64,000 nucleotides of DNA from NCBI GenBank assembly GCA_029570375.1, contig JAKPXB010000040.1, positions 27,464 to 91,463 on the forward strand. The letters run 5' to 3'. Numbering within the stretch: the first letter of the stretch is position 1; each line of letters starts with the position of its first letter. Position numbers and translations under genes: made by a program. Origin of the DNA: Bacillota bacterium (GTDB taxonomy: Bacteria > Bacillota > Clostridia > Saccharofermentanales > DTU023). Shown piece by piece: positions 14,796 through 23,573 of this stretch. The notes below the pieces were generated by a model. It saw only the letters and a program-made list of their open reading frames with translations. It was not told the origin of the DNA and made no database searches.

Positions 14796-16103
14796 CTATC
14801 GGTTTAAACGGTAGAGCAGCAGGAGACGCCAAATCGCCTCTGTTTTCACGAAACAACTGCCTCTGCTGCTAAAATCTTTCGCGTCATCAAATGCGGCTTC
14901 TATGACAAGGTTGCCCGCGGAATCGATGAAGCCCCATTTGTCTCCGATTTTTACGGCAGCCAAACCGTTCGAGAAAGAGCGCGCGCTGTCGTATGCGGGA
15001 GGGATGACCATAGCGCCATCCGTATTAATAAAGCCCCATTGGCCGTCTTTTCTGACAGCCGCGAAGCCCTTGTCGGTAAAAAGTCTGGCGTCTTCAAATC
15101 TCTCCCCGCCCACGATCTCCCCTTCCAGATTGTAGAGAGCGAACAGATCGCCTTCTTTCGCGAAATAACGCTCATTCCGGTTGAAGAATTCTCTGTCGTC
15201 CAGAATAACATCCGCATACGCCTGCGCCGCAATCGGCGCTCCCGATGAATCTATTCTGATCCATTGGCCGCCTGATTTCGCGATGGCTGTCCCGCTGTTG
15301 ACCGCGGAGACATATTCGTATGGTTCCGACAGGATCTGATTATTGCGGTCAACGAGATAATAGTTCCCGTCTTTTCCCTCGGCCGGGAAGACATCGCCGA
15401 CCATAGGGCCGAGTCGTGAGAACCGTTCATCAATTTCTGTCACCTGTTCGTTATCCTTGTCGATAAAATAAGCGCCGCCATCGACGGAAACAACCGGCGC
15501 GAATCCGGAAGACGTAAACGGCCCCGCGTCTTTGTATTCAAATTTTATCAATTTTCTGCCGGTTTGGCTGATATAACCCCAGACACCTTTGTCATTCCGC
15601 ACGGGGCAGATATTCTGAGAAAAAAAGCCCACATCCTCGTAGCTGTCGTAGTCGAGCTTTGTCAGATACGCAAAACGGCTCCTCGTTTCCCGGATAAACG
15701 CAGAATCGACGGATCGTTTTTCCGCCACCTCCAGAATGTCAAAGACGCGGTCGTATTTTTTATCGACGACATAGGCGTCAAGCAGGCTGTCATAGGCTTC
15801 GGGCGCGACGGGGAAATCGGTGATAAACTGCTCACACCACAGCAGGCGCGCTTCGTCTTTCCCGACTGATTTGTAGAAATCCGCGACTTCCAGGCGTATC
15901 TCCACCGAATCTTTAATCTCAAGTGCCTTCCGATAGTTTTCGACTGCGTATTTGGCTACTTTCTTCCCCGCGAAATCACGCGCGGCCGCCAGCAGCTCTT
16001 CATATTGCGTATTTTTCGAAACGGCGGTGCTGATGAGCATCACCCAGGACAAAACGAGAAGCACGGCGAGCGCGATAGGAACGATGAGTCGATAATTTTT
16101 CAT
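14796..16103 (-). CDS. Membrane-anchored WG-repeat (KWG-type beta-repeat) protein with a TPR-like N-terminal region
   Basis: 435 aa. The N-terminal TM is LIVPIALAVLLVLSWVMLI. Repeats include GVWGYISQTGRKLI, GQWGFINTDGAMVI and DKWGFIDSAGNLVI. Confidence 0.8.
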   Translation of the reverse strand: MKNYRLIVPIALAVLLVLSWVMLISTAVSKNTQYEELLAAARDFAGKKVAKYAVENYRKALEIKDSVEIRLEVADFYKSVGKDEARLLWCEQFITDFPVAPEAYDSLLDAYVVDKKYDRVFDILEVAEKRSVDSAFIRETRSRFAYLTKLDYDSYEDVGFFSQNICPVRNDKGVWGYISQTGRKLIKFEYKDAGPFTSSGFAPVVSVDGGAYFIDKDNEQVTEIDERFSRLGPMVGDVFPAEGKDGNYYLVDRNNQILSEPYEYVSAVNSGTAIAKSGGQWIRIDSSGAPIAAQAYADVILDDREFFNRNERYFAKEGDLFALYNLEGEIVGGERFEDARLFTDKGFAAVRKDGQWGFINTDGAMVIPPAYDSARSFSNGLAAVKIGDKWGFIDSAGNLVIEAAFDDAKDFSSRGSCFVKTEAIWRLLLLYRLNR

Positions 16104-16115
16104 AAAGCACCTCCC

Positions 16116-16790
16116 TTACATGCCGGACAAACCGATGGCGATACACGCGCCGATCAAAACACAGGGCGCCAGTGAGATCGAATCCTTGCGCGTCTTTCGC
16201 CTGGTCAGGAGCAGATAGACCGCGTAGAAAAAGGAGACGATCAGAGAAAAGAATACGGCGTTGGCTGCCCCCCAAAGCCCCTGATACAGCCCCATGACAA
16301 AAAACAATTTGACATCGCCCATACCGACGCTGTTTTTCATGACGAATGAAATGATTAAAAAGAACCCGCCGACCAAAACGGCGCCGAGTGCCGCCGATTT
16401 CAGGATCACAAGCGCTCCCGCGGCATCAGTCATCAGCTCCAGACCGGCATAGACGACCCGCATCGCGATGGCGGCAAGAATCAGTGTATTGGGGATGATG
16501 TGGCGGACATGATCGATGGCAGCCATCGGAACAATGAACATCACAAGCGTCAGCAATTTGACGTGGTGCAGCAGCCCCGAAGCGGGATAGAGAGCCGTCA
16601 GCGAAGCGGCGAGAGCAATCCCCAGGAAAAGTGATATCGCGAGATACAGCTTGCGGTTTCGTCCCCGCGGAATCAAATGCGGCATTCTCAAGGCGGAGAA
16701 AGACTGACCGCTCAGTTTGCTGACGGTGAACGCGTACCCGAAAAAGGTCAGGACGAGAGTCAGAATGATTTCAATGATTAAGTGCTTCAC
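16116..16790 (-). CDS. tadV: A24-family prepilin peptidase (TadV/CpaA-like)
   Basis: Polytopic membrane protein with an Asp motif in NSVGMGDVKLF. The start is probably GTG 16790, directly after a ggagaaaggc RBS. The alternative ATGs at 16847/16841 lack an RBS and overlap the upstream gene. Confidence 0.8.
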   Translation of the reverse strand: MKHLIIEIILTLVLTFFGYAFTVSKLSGQSFSALRMPHLIPRGRNRKLYLAISLFLGIALAASLTALYPASGLLHHVKLLTLVMFIVPMAAIDHVRHIIPNTLILAAIAMRVVYAGLELMTDAAGALVILKSAALGAVLVGGFFLIISFVMKNSVGMGDVKLFFVMGLYQGLWGAANAVFFSLIVSFFYAVYLLLTRRKTRKDSISLAPCVLIGACIAIGLSGM

Positions 16791-16816
16791 GCCTTTCTCC
16801 TCAGCTATGGCCCCTG

Positions 16817-17716
16817 TCAGCGTCTGTCGCCCTGCATCCATCCGCATGTGACCGCTGTCTGGTTGAAGTCAAAATGGATATTTAACGGCAGCAGCGGAAT
16901 CATCTTCACCCGGTAGCGGACATTGACGACGATATAATCCGATCCGCCCGGGAACAAAAGGGAGCTTCTGAAATCCAATCCGTTTAAATAACTGTCGGCG
17001 CGCGGCAGAACGCGCATCGATCGCAGAAAGCTCTCCGGTTTCCCGCCTTTCGCATCGGTCAGATGCTTCTTGATCATCGCTGTGACGACCGGAGCGGCGA
17101 CGCGGCTTGACGTGTCCAGATCGAGATCGCCCCCGGCCGCGAGCTTTGCGAACCCAAAGAGCATTTTCACCGGATTCGAGGCGATGTTGTCCGCGGCTTC
17201 GCCGATTACTCCGCCGGATGTCTCGACCTTTCCTCCCTGGATGATACCGTCCCACGCTTTTCCGATATCGCTGTCGTTTATCTCAAAACTGTTTCCGCCG
17301 GCAATGCCCTGAATCGCTTGAAATACTTTGGGCACTTCCGACGAGATATTCTTGTTATTGGCTTCCTTTTTGTCTTTATATTCCCCGGAGCGTATCAGTG
17401 AATACAGGTAGCTGTATTCGGATATCTCCCGCGCTGTCGAATTGATGGCGAAAGCCATGCGCGCCTGAATTAAACAGACGTTGATCACCGATAACAGCGA
17501 GATAATCATAAAGATGAAGAAGCTGAGCGATATGATGGCTTCGATCGTGATACTTCCGCTTTCACGACAGCGCACTCTCACACCCGCGCGGTCCGCTGCT
17601 TTCGCCATACGGGACATCGGAGAAGACAATGAGCGATTCCTCACAGGTGCGCGCGGGAGAAACGTTTCCGGCCCGGCGGACGCGCTTCTCTTCTCCCCAT
17701 TCTTTGCAGACGGCAT
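16817..17716 (-). CDS. TadE-like pseudopilin / pilus assembly protein
   Basis: Start re-set to ATG 17716 after a ggaaggaggaag RBS, 28 nt downstream of the preceding stop. It has a prepilin-like motif ...RESG/SITIEAIISLSFFIFMI (Glu at +5) followed by a hydrophobic helix. Confidence 0.7.
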   Translation of the reverse strand: MPSAKNGEKRSASAGPETFLPRAPVRNRSLSSPMSRMAKAADRAGVRVRCRESGSITIEAIISLSFFIFMIISLLSVINVCLIQARMAFAINSTAREISEYSYLYSLIRSGEYKDKKEANNKNISSEVPKVFQAIQGIAGGNSFEINDSDIGKAWDGIIQGGKVETSGGVIGEAADNIASNPVKMLFGFAKLAAGGDLDLDTSSRVAAPVVTAMIKKHLTDAKGGKPESFLRSMRVLPRADSYLNGLDFRSSLLFPGGSDYIVVNVRYRVKMIPLLPLNIHFDFNQTAVTCGWMQGDRR

Positions 17717-17744
17717 GCGTCTTCCTCCTTCCTGGCGTGAGGCG

Positions 17745-20700
17745 TCAGTATCCCCGGGTCGCCTTGTAATCGATCGTGTACCACGATGTATCGTCCAGCG
17801 GGTCTCTGAATGTATCGGCGAACAGCGGCAGGGGCATGAGCACGGGTTTAACGAGCACCTGCGCTTCCACTGAATAATAGGCGCCCGCCCTGCGGATAAG
17901 ATAATTGTCATCCCCGGTGACCAGATGGACATTGAGCTGAATCACATCGGCGGTTCGGAGCAGAATGCCCGTACGATTCGTGAACATCCCGAGAAGGAGG
18001 AACAGCCTCATATAATCGCTGTAGCGGAAAGACAGAAGAGATGATATGCCCGTGCTTTCGCCGGACGACTTCCTGCCTTCACCGCCGCTGCCGCCGGACT
18101 GCCCGTCCGATCCGAAGAACCCGTCGATGCTGCTGTCAAGTTCTTCCTTCAATTTCTCGGCGCTTTCGTTCATCGCATCTTTCGCCTTCTTCATCGTCTC
18201 TTCTTTGTACCTTTTAATCTCCTCGGACCCCTCCTGGAGTTTTTTCTTCACGGCTTCTGAGATCTCGCTAAGGAACGTGTTCATTTCCTCCGCGAGCGCT
18301 TCGATAGAGCCCACCTCACGTTTCTCAATCCCGCGGATTTTTTCGATCGAGCTCCTGATATACTTTTCTTTAAGCATTTCGACCGTTTTCTTCTTCGCGA
18401 TATAGGAGATATCCGACTTATCTTCGTCCAGCGTTCCGAGCCACTCGTCCAATTTCTCAGAGACATATTGTTCCGCGTTAAATCCCGGCTCTCCTTTCGA
18501 TTCTTCCGTAAGCGCGTTCTGGATAAGAGACAGCATTTTCTTGACGGCTACATTCGCGTGGCGCGCAATGAGATCGTCAAAGCTCTGACTGACATGCGCC
18601 TCTATCTCTTCCCTGTTATCTTTTATGAAGGCTTCCGCCTCCTCGCCGCCTTTGTCGAGGTATTCGCCCAGCTTATCTGCGGCTTTGTTGATGGCTTTAT
18701 CGGCGGCATCTTTCAGAAGATTGGATGCCTCGCTCTTTGCCGCGTTCATCAGCCCTCCGGGCGTGACCACCCAGGAGTCTTTCTTGTGGAAAAGGGGAAC
18801 GGCCTTCCCTCGCGCCAGATTCCCCAGATCAATCGCCGATTGTATCAGCGCGAGGAGTATCTGAATCGAGGCCTGAACAAGCGGTACGGGGAGGACACCC
18901 CACGAGGCTGCCGAAATGGGCGTCGCGATCGAAAGCGCGAACGTATTGGTTTCCATATCGGAAAAGGCAAAGATGACGTTCAGACCGAATCGAATGGCGA
19001 AAATGGAGCTGTAGGCATGCGTCACGTTCGCCGATCCCGTCCCCCCGTAGAGGATGTACTCGATCTCGCGGTCGTAGTGGTAGTTGTTCACTTCATTAAT
19101 CAGATGATTCCGGAGAGTCTGCGGTTTACCATCCAATTTTTTTTCTGTATGCTCGTTCTGTATGGTATCGAAACTGAACATGCTGAGGAGGTAATCGGTG
19201 ACATAATAGGCGTCGCGCAGATCTTCCGACGATCCGCTCAGAATCTCGGCAACTCCCGAAAACATGCCGGCGAGTCCGGTACTGGTGCTCTTGGCCACGT
19301 TGTCAGAGTCGTTGCTGTATTCGCCCGAAGCTGTCGCGGAGGACGGAACGCCTTTCGTCTTGGAGGGAAGACTTGTTTCAGAGAGGCTTTCTCCTGTTTT
19401 TTCAGGGTCTTCCCTTTCGGTTACCGCCTTTTCTTTCTCCTTCTTCGTTTCGTTTTCGCCGGTTTTCTTCATGCTTTCCTTGAGCTTTTCGCCTTCTTCA
19501 TCTTTATCGGTGCGGAAAGTACAATGGCGTTTCGTTTCATTTAATTCCTTGGGATCCGAATGCTTCCTGTAAAGATATTGATAGAAAACAGGTTGATACG
19601 ACCCGAACAGTGAAAGGCCGGTCTTGGGGTCGCTCATCCAGGAAAAATCGATCACCGGCGCTTCGAATAATCCGTCGAATGAGCTCTCCGCCCCTTCTCT
19701 TAGCGGTTTTTTCAGCTTTGATCTGTTATTAAAATATTCATCCCCGAGTTCGCGGCGAATGAGGCTTAAGAACTTATTACCGCCTTCATCGTAGCCGGTA
19801 ATATCGCCGACGAATTCTCCGGCATACCTGAACTGATTGATTTGTTCTAATACTTGTGCCATCCGCTTTCTGAGTGATTCGACGCGGTTGTACAGTTCAG
19901 CGACCTGGTCCTTGTCGTACGTGTCTTTGATATCTTTGATATCCGCTTTATCCTGTTCCGCCAGAGATGAAAGCGAAAGGGCCGGGTCTTCCGACGAATG
20001 CCGCCACTCTTCCCTCTTCTGTATGAGCGCGCCGCCGTTGAGGGAATCATATACGTCCTTGAGAGCGTCCGCCGCTTTCTGCAGATAATCTACGGCATCC
20101 TCGAATTTCTCCTGATACATCTTTGCTTTCCACGTGACCTCTTTGATCTCTTTGTTGAGACTGGATCTCTCCGTCCGCCCTGAGATCCGAATATTTGTCG
20201 TCAATTCGGCAAGAGGCTGGAACGCATCACGCGTCATCCGCATATCCTGTTCGTAATAATCCTTGATGCTTGCCGCGAACTCCGCCGCGGGCACAGTTCT
20301 TCCGCCTCCCTCAACCTCTACGGAAAAGTCAAGCGACTCATCATCCGCCCACAGCATCGCGACGGCAAAATCCTGGTATTTCCGATAGCGGTCGAGTGGG
20401 CCGTTTTTTATGTACTGTCGAAGACTCTCGGGTGATAATTGCCCTTTATACAACTGCGCCACATACTGGATATCGTAAAACTCTGTACCGATCGTGGAAG
20501 ACTTCGGCAGCCCGAGCGACGCGAGTGATGTTTTTATGTCAGCGATTTTCTTGTCGCTGTAAACACCGCGCATATCATTCATCAGGAGCTGCATCTGAAT
20601 GATACCGGGCCTTCTGCCCGCGTCGTAGCCGCCGGGGTAGAGAGAGACAAAACTGTTGTACTTCTCTCCCCAGCATTCTAATTCCCAGGTCTCGCTTTCC

Positions 20701-21521
20701 ACCGGATTGCCCTTCCCGTCCGTCAGCCTGTATGGACGCTTTGTCAGCAGGAGCGGTGTCTCGGCGGCTATCTGCGTTTCGTAGACATCCATGATGGTCC
20801 GGACATGAAACTCTCTGAACTTCGATTCCAGCCCCGCAAAGAATCCGTCATTCGCCACCCTTCCGATGAACTGGTAGACGAGATCGTTATACTGCGAGAG
20901 ATTCTTCCATGTCTCGCGGAGTTTTTTATTGAGCCGTTCTTCTTCCTTGAAGTAGGACTGGCGCTGGTCGACAAGCTTTGTCTCCTTGCTGACATTGTTG
21001 AAGCTGTTCAGTGCCGACAGAAACCGCAGTCCCGTGTTGATCGGCGTGCGGTATTTCATAAACTCGACGATCTGGCGCTCGAGGACATCGGGATTGGCAA
21101 GCGAACCATCCGGAGGGATATAACCTTTGAAATCTCCCAGCTTCATGTTAAGGATATCGTCCGCGTCACTGTCGCCATGCGGCAGATCGCGGAGCTGCGC
21201 CATAATCTGCGCTGTAAGCGCTCCCGCTTCGCCCGCGCCTACTCCGTAGGAAATAATACTTTTGTTGTAAAAGGCCTTCAGTTCGTCCAGAAGTTTTTCG
21301 TGGTCCTGCGTCGTGGCAAAAAGCCCGTACAGCTCTTTCAGCTGCGTGTCATACTGCGTCAGCGCCGTATTCAGCGCCAGATCCCCCGCGGACGCCGCCA
21401 CACCGCGAGCGAGAGAGATCCGGCTCACGTCAACAAAAAAGGCGCTGCAAGTCAGCATGGGCACAAGAATAATGACCAGAAAGATCGTTACGGCGCCTTT
21501 ACATCTTCTGATGTATTTCAT
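17745..21521 (-). CDS. Giant TadG-like protein (N-terminal TadG-type anchor, about 1200 aa of helical/acidic sequence, hydrophobic segments near residue 880)
   Basis: Start set to ATG 21521 (gtgagggagtc RBS). The N-terminus MKYIRRCKGAVTIFLVIILVPMLTCSAFFVDVSRISLARG resembles the TadG N-terminal domain. Lys/Glu-rich coiled-coil-like stretches and a GGSGGEG linker are present. Confidence 0.7.
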   Translation of the reverse strand: MKYIRRCKGAVTIFLVIILVPMLTCSAFFVDVSRISLARGVAASAGDLALNTALTQYDTQLKELYGLFATTQDHEKLLDELKAFYNKSIISYGVGAGEAGALTAQIMAQLRDLPHGDSDADDILNMKLGDFKGYIPPDGSLANPDVLERQIVEFMKYRTPINTGLRFLSALNSFNNVSKETKLVDQRQSYFKEEERLNKKLRETWKNLSQYNDLVYQFIGRVANDGFFAGLESKFREFHVRTIMDVYETQIAAETPLLLTKRPYRLTDGKGNPVESETWELECWGEKYNSFVSLYPGGYDAGRRPGIIQMQLLMNDMRGVYSDKKIADIKTSLASLGLPKSSTIGTEFYDIQYVAQLYKGQLSPESLRQYIKNGPLDRYRKYQDFAVAMLWADDESLDFSVEVEGGGRTVPAAEFAASIKDYYEQDMRMTRDAFQPLAELTTNIRISGRTERSSLNKEIKEVTWKAKMYQEKFEDAVDYLQKAADALKDVYDSLNGGALIQKREEWRHSSEDPALSLSSLAEQDKADIKDIKDTYDKDQVAELYNRVESLRKRMAQVLEQINQFRYAGEFVGDITGYDEGGNKFLSLIRRELGDEYFNNRSKLKKPLREGAESSFDGLFEAPVIDFSWMSDPKTGLSLFGSYQPVFYQYLYRKHSDPKELNETKRHCTFRTDKDEEGEKLKESMKKTGENETKKEKEKAVTEREDPEKTGESLSETSLPSKTKGVPSSATASGEYSNDSDNVAKSTSTGLAGMFSGVAEILSGSSEDLRDAYYVTDYLLSMFSFDTIQNEHTEKKLDGKPQTLRNHLINEVNNYHYDREIEYILYGGTGSANVTHAYSSIFAIRFGLNVIFAFSDMETNTFALSIATPISAASWGVLPVPLVQASIQILLALIQSAIDLGNLARGKAVPLFHKKDSWVVTPGGLMNAAKSEASNLLKDAADKAINKAADKLGEYLDKGGEEAEAFIKDNREEIEAHVSQSFDDLIARHANVAVKKMLSLIQNALTEESKGEPGFNAEQYVSEKLDEWLGTLDEDKSDISYIAKKKTVEMLKEKYIRSSIEKIRGIEKREVGSIEALAEEMNTFLSEISEAVKKKLQEGSEEIKRYKEETMKKAKDAMNESAEKLKEELDSSIDGFFGSDGQSGGSGGEGRKSSGESTGISSLLSFRYSDYMRLFLLLGMFTNRTGILLRTADVIQLNVHLVTGDDNYLIRRAGAYYSVEAQVLVKPVLMPLPLFADTFRDPLDDTSWYTIDYKATRGY

Positions 21522-21549
21522 TGACTCCCTCACCCCTTTCCATTGCGCG

Positions 21550-22218
21550 TCAGTCAAAAATCTTCAAGATACTTTTGACTTTGCCAAAGGCCTCCGAAAC
21601 ATACTTTGAGGCGCCGCTGCCTTCCAGGTAATCGATTACCATATCCGTGTTCCGGATAAATTCTGCTGAATAACTGACGGGCATTTCGGCGCGGGAATAG
21701 AAATCCAGCGATATCTTGTTCTTATCGCCGAGAAAACGAATAGGAAATGTTATCTCGTACTCAACCGCTACGTCAAAAGTAGCGTAGACAAAATAGTTGT
21801 TGAAGTGCGCTATATCTGACGCCGGCGTGACGAGGACAGGCCTCATCCCCGGGAAAAAACCCGCCGACTTCTTGCTGAATCTCTTCGCGACTTTCTCGTT
21901 GATAAGGGAGACGGCGCTGGCGCGGCTGTTCCCTTTGAGAAAACGGTACGGCTCGATGCTGATCTTTTCGTCGAGGCTGAGTTCCCCGTTATGCCTGTAC
22001 GCTCTTTCCATGATGGAATCCGCGCACACTCTTGCCCCTATGATCGCGTACTGTTCCACTTCAGATTCAGTCTCGGCTCTCTGGTAGAGAAGGTTCCCCG
22101 TGAAAATCAGGAAGAAAATCACGAAAAAGATAACAGGAAAGACAATCGCCGCCTCAACGAACACGACGCCGCTTTCATCGCTTCCCGCTTTGCGCCATGC
22201 GCGAATAACCCTATCCAT
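21550..22218 (-). CDS. TadE-like pseudopilin
   Basis: Start set to ATG 22218. The motif ...SDESG/VVFVEAAIVFPVIFFVIFFLIF has Gly at -1, Glu at +5 and a hydrophobic helix. Confidence 0.75.
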   Translation of the reverse strand: MDRVIRAWRKAGSDESGVVFVEAAIVFPVIFFVIFFLIFTGNLLYQRAETESEVEQYAIIGARVCADSIMERAYRHNGELSLDEKISIEPYRFLKGNSRASAVSLINEKVAKRFSKKSAGFFPGMRPVLVTPASDIAHFNNYFVYATFDVAVEYEITFPIRFLGDKNKISLDFYSRAEMPVSYSAEFIRNTDMVIDYLEGSGASKYVSEAFGKVKSILKIFD

Positions 22219-22343
22219 ACGAAGGCCTCGCTTTCCGATCCAGCTACTGGTTATTTGTTCGCTCAATGAACAGACCGGCAAATCAAAAGAACTGCCACCG
22301 GTTCATCCGCTCCGCGCGTTTTCAAGACGAAAGAGCCGTCCCT

Positions 22344-22559
22344 TTACTCGATGGCGGTCTCGGCCTTTCCTCTGATCAAATTGATCAAGTCTGTCAGTAA
22401 TGCTCCGATCGCCTTTCTGAAGATGACAGCCAATGCGATCGCGACGCCGATTAACACGACGATGGCGACGACATTGACCTCACCTTTTTCATCCCTGAGC
22501 AGCTTGTTGAGCCGTCCCGCGACGATTCCAAAGAAAAGTTCAATACGTTGCTGTAACAT
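22344..22559 (-). CDS. flp: Flp/Fap-like type IVb pilin (Firmicutes Flp1-like form)
   Basis: 71 aa with a taggaggg RBS. It has a charged leader ...LLRDEKG followed by the hydrophobic EVNVVAIVVLIGVAIALAVIF. It sits between the tadC-like and tadE-like genes. Confidence 0.75.
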   Translation of the reverse strand: MLQQRIELFFGIVAGRLNKLLRDEKGEVNVVAIVVLIGVAIALAVIFRKAIGALLTDLINLIRGKAETAIE

Positions 22560-22600
22560 GGTTAACCCTCCTAAGTATGACCTGTTAGAATGAATATTCC

Positions 22601-22619
22601 GGCAGCCTTCGGGGCTGCC
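22601..22619 (-). other. Intercistronic GC stem-loop about 40 nt upstream of the pilin start codon
   Basis: ggcagcc (22601-22607) / ggctgcc (22613-22619) with a 5-nt loop, inside the 124-nt tadC-flp gap. No U-tract on either strand. Confidence 0.3.
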
Positions 22620-22683
22620 ACTCAGTTAATCTATCTTCCGCGCCTATGGCAATCGCGATCTGATAACCTGCCTGTGCGGCTCT

Positions 22684-23559
22684 CTAGGATCCCAGATTGG
22701 CGAGAATAGGCACTATAACCAGAATCAGAATCCCGATAAACATCACGCTGATGGGGATCAGAAGCTTGGCGGCAGCGCGCTCTCCCTCACGGCGTACAAG
22801 CTGCTTCTTGAGCTGCCACACCTCGCGGCTCTGCTCCTGCAGCGCGAGCGTCAGATCGCGGCTTCCCTTGGTCATTCCCTGGATGATGGTCGAGGTAAAT
22901 TTCTTCACCTCCGGAATGACACAACGCCTGCCAAACTCGTAAATGGCGTCAATCTCCGCGACGCCGTTCCGGATGTCTTCGACGGCTATCCGCATCTCTT
23001 CGTAGAAAATCCCCTCTCCCCCGAACGCCACTTTCTCCCATGCTTCGCGCAGAATCATCCCCGCGTTGGTGAGCAGCGCGAGCTTTGAAACGACCTCCGC
23101 GAAATCGCGAAGCAGTTCATCGGAACGCGCCTGTATCCTCTTGCTCGCGAGGTTGCCGTAGTAATAGTAGGCGAGCCCCGCGAATACAAAGAAGACAACC
23201 ATAATCATCAGATCCTGCGCCAGCCCGTAAAAGATAAAGGCAAGGACAAAAAGAGTCATGGCGAACGTCATCTGCTGGGAGTGCGTGACGCGCAGGTAAT
23301 ATTCCGAATACTTTTCTCCGTAGAGAACATTCAGCTCCTGCCGGAGTTTTCTGTCACTTTTTGATTTGTACGTGTACCCGATCAGGTTGAGCAGAGCGTA
23401 CCCCGTACCGTAGATGTCTTTAAGGCGAAACTCTTTCTCTGATAAGACGGAGAACATGCTCTGGTACTGCGCGCCTTTCAGAAATAATACGATCCAGCCG
23501 ATGACAAGCAGCGTGCCCACCGCCATGATGGCTATCTGGAATATTTCAAGACCGAACAT
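22684..23559 (-). CDS. tadC: Type II secretion system F-family inner-membrane platform protein (TadC-like)
   Basis: Start set to ATG 23559 (gaggagggggagag RBS), 14 nt after the upstream stop. It has N- and C-terminal TM helices flanking a cytoplasmic helical domain, as in TadB/TadC. Confidence 0.8.
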   Translation of the reverse strand: MFGLEIFQIAIMAVGTLLVIGWIVLFLKGAQYQSMFSVLSEKEFRLKDIYGTGYALLNLIGYTYKSKSDRKLRQELNVLYGEKYSEYYLRVTHSQQMTFAMTLFVLAFIFYGLAQDLMIMVVFFVFAGLAYYYYGNLASKRIQARSDELLRDFAEVVSKLALLTNAGMILREAWEKVAFGGEGIFYEEMRIAVEDIRNGVAEIDAIYEFGRRCVIPEVKKFTSTIIQGMTKGSRDLTLALQEQSREVWQLKKQLVRREGERAAAKLLIPISVMFIGILILVIVPILANLGS

Positions 23560-23573
23560 CTCTCCCCCTCCTC

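Noticed and set aside
17717-17932. The 5' extension of the TadE-like ORF (16817..17932)
   Set aside because: It overlaps the end of the TadG-like gene. An excellent RBS precedes ATG 17716.
18468-21524. Plus-strand ORFs (18468..19544, 20805..21524 and smaller ones) inside the TadG-like gene
   Set aside because: They are antisense to a continuous 1258-codon frame that has proper context, and their translations are low complexity.
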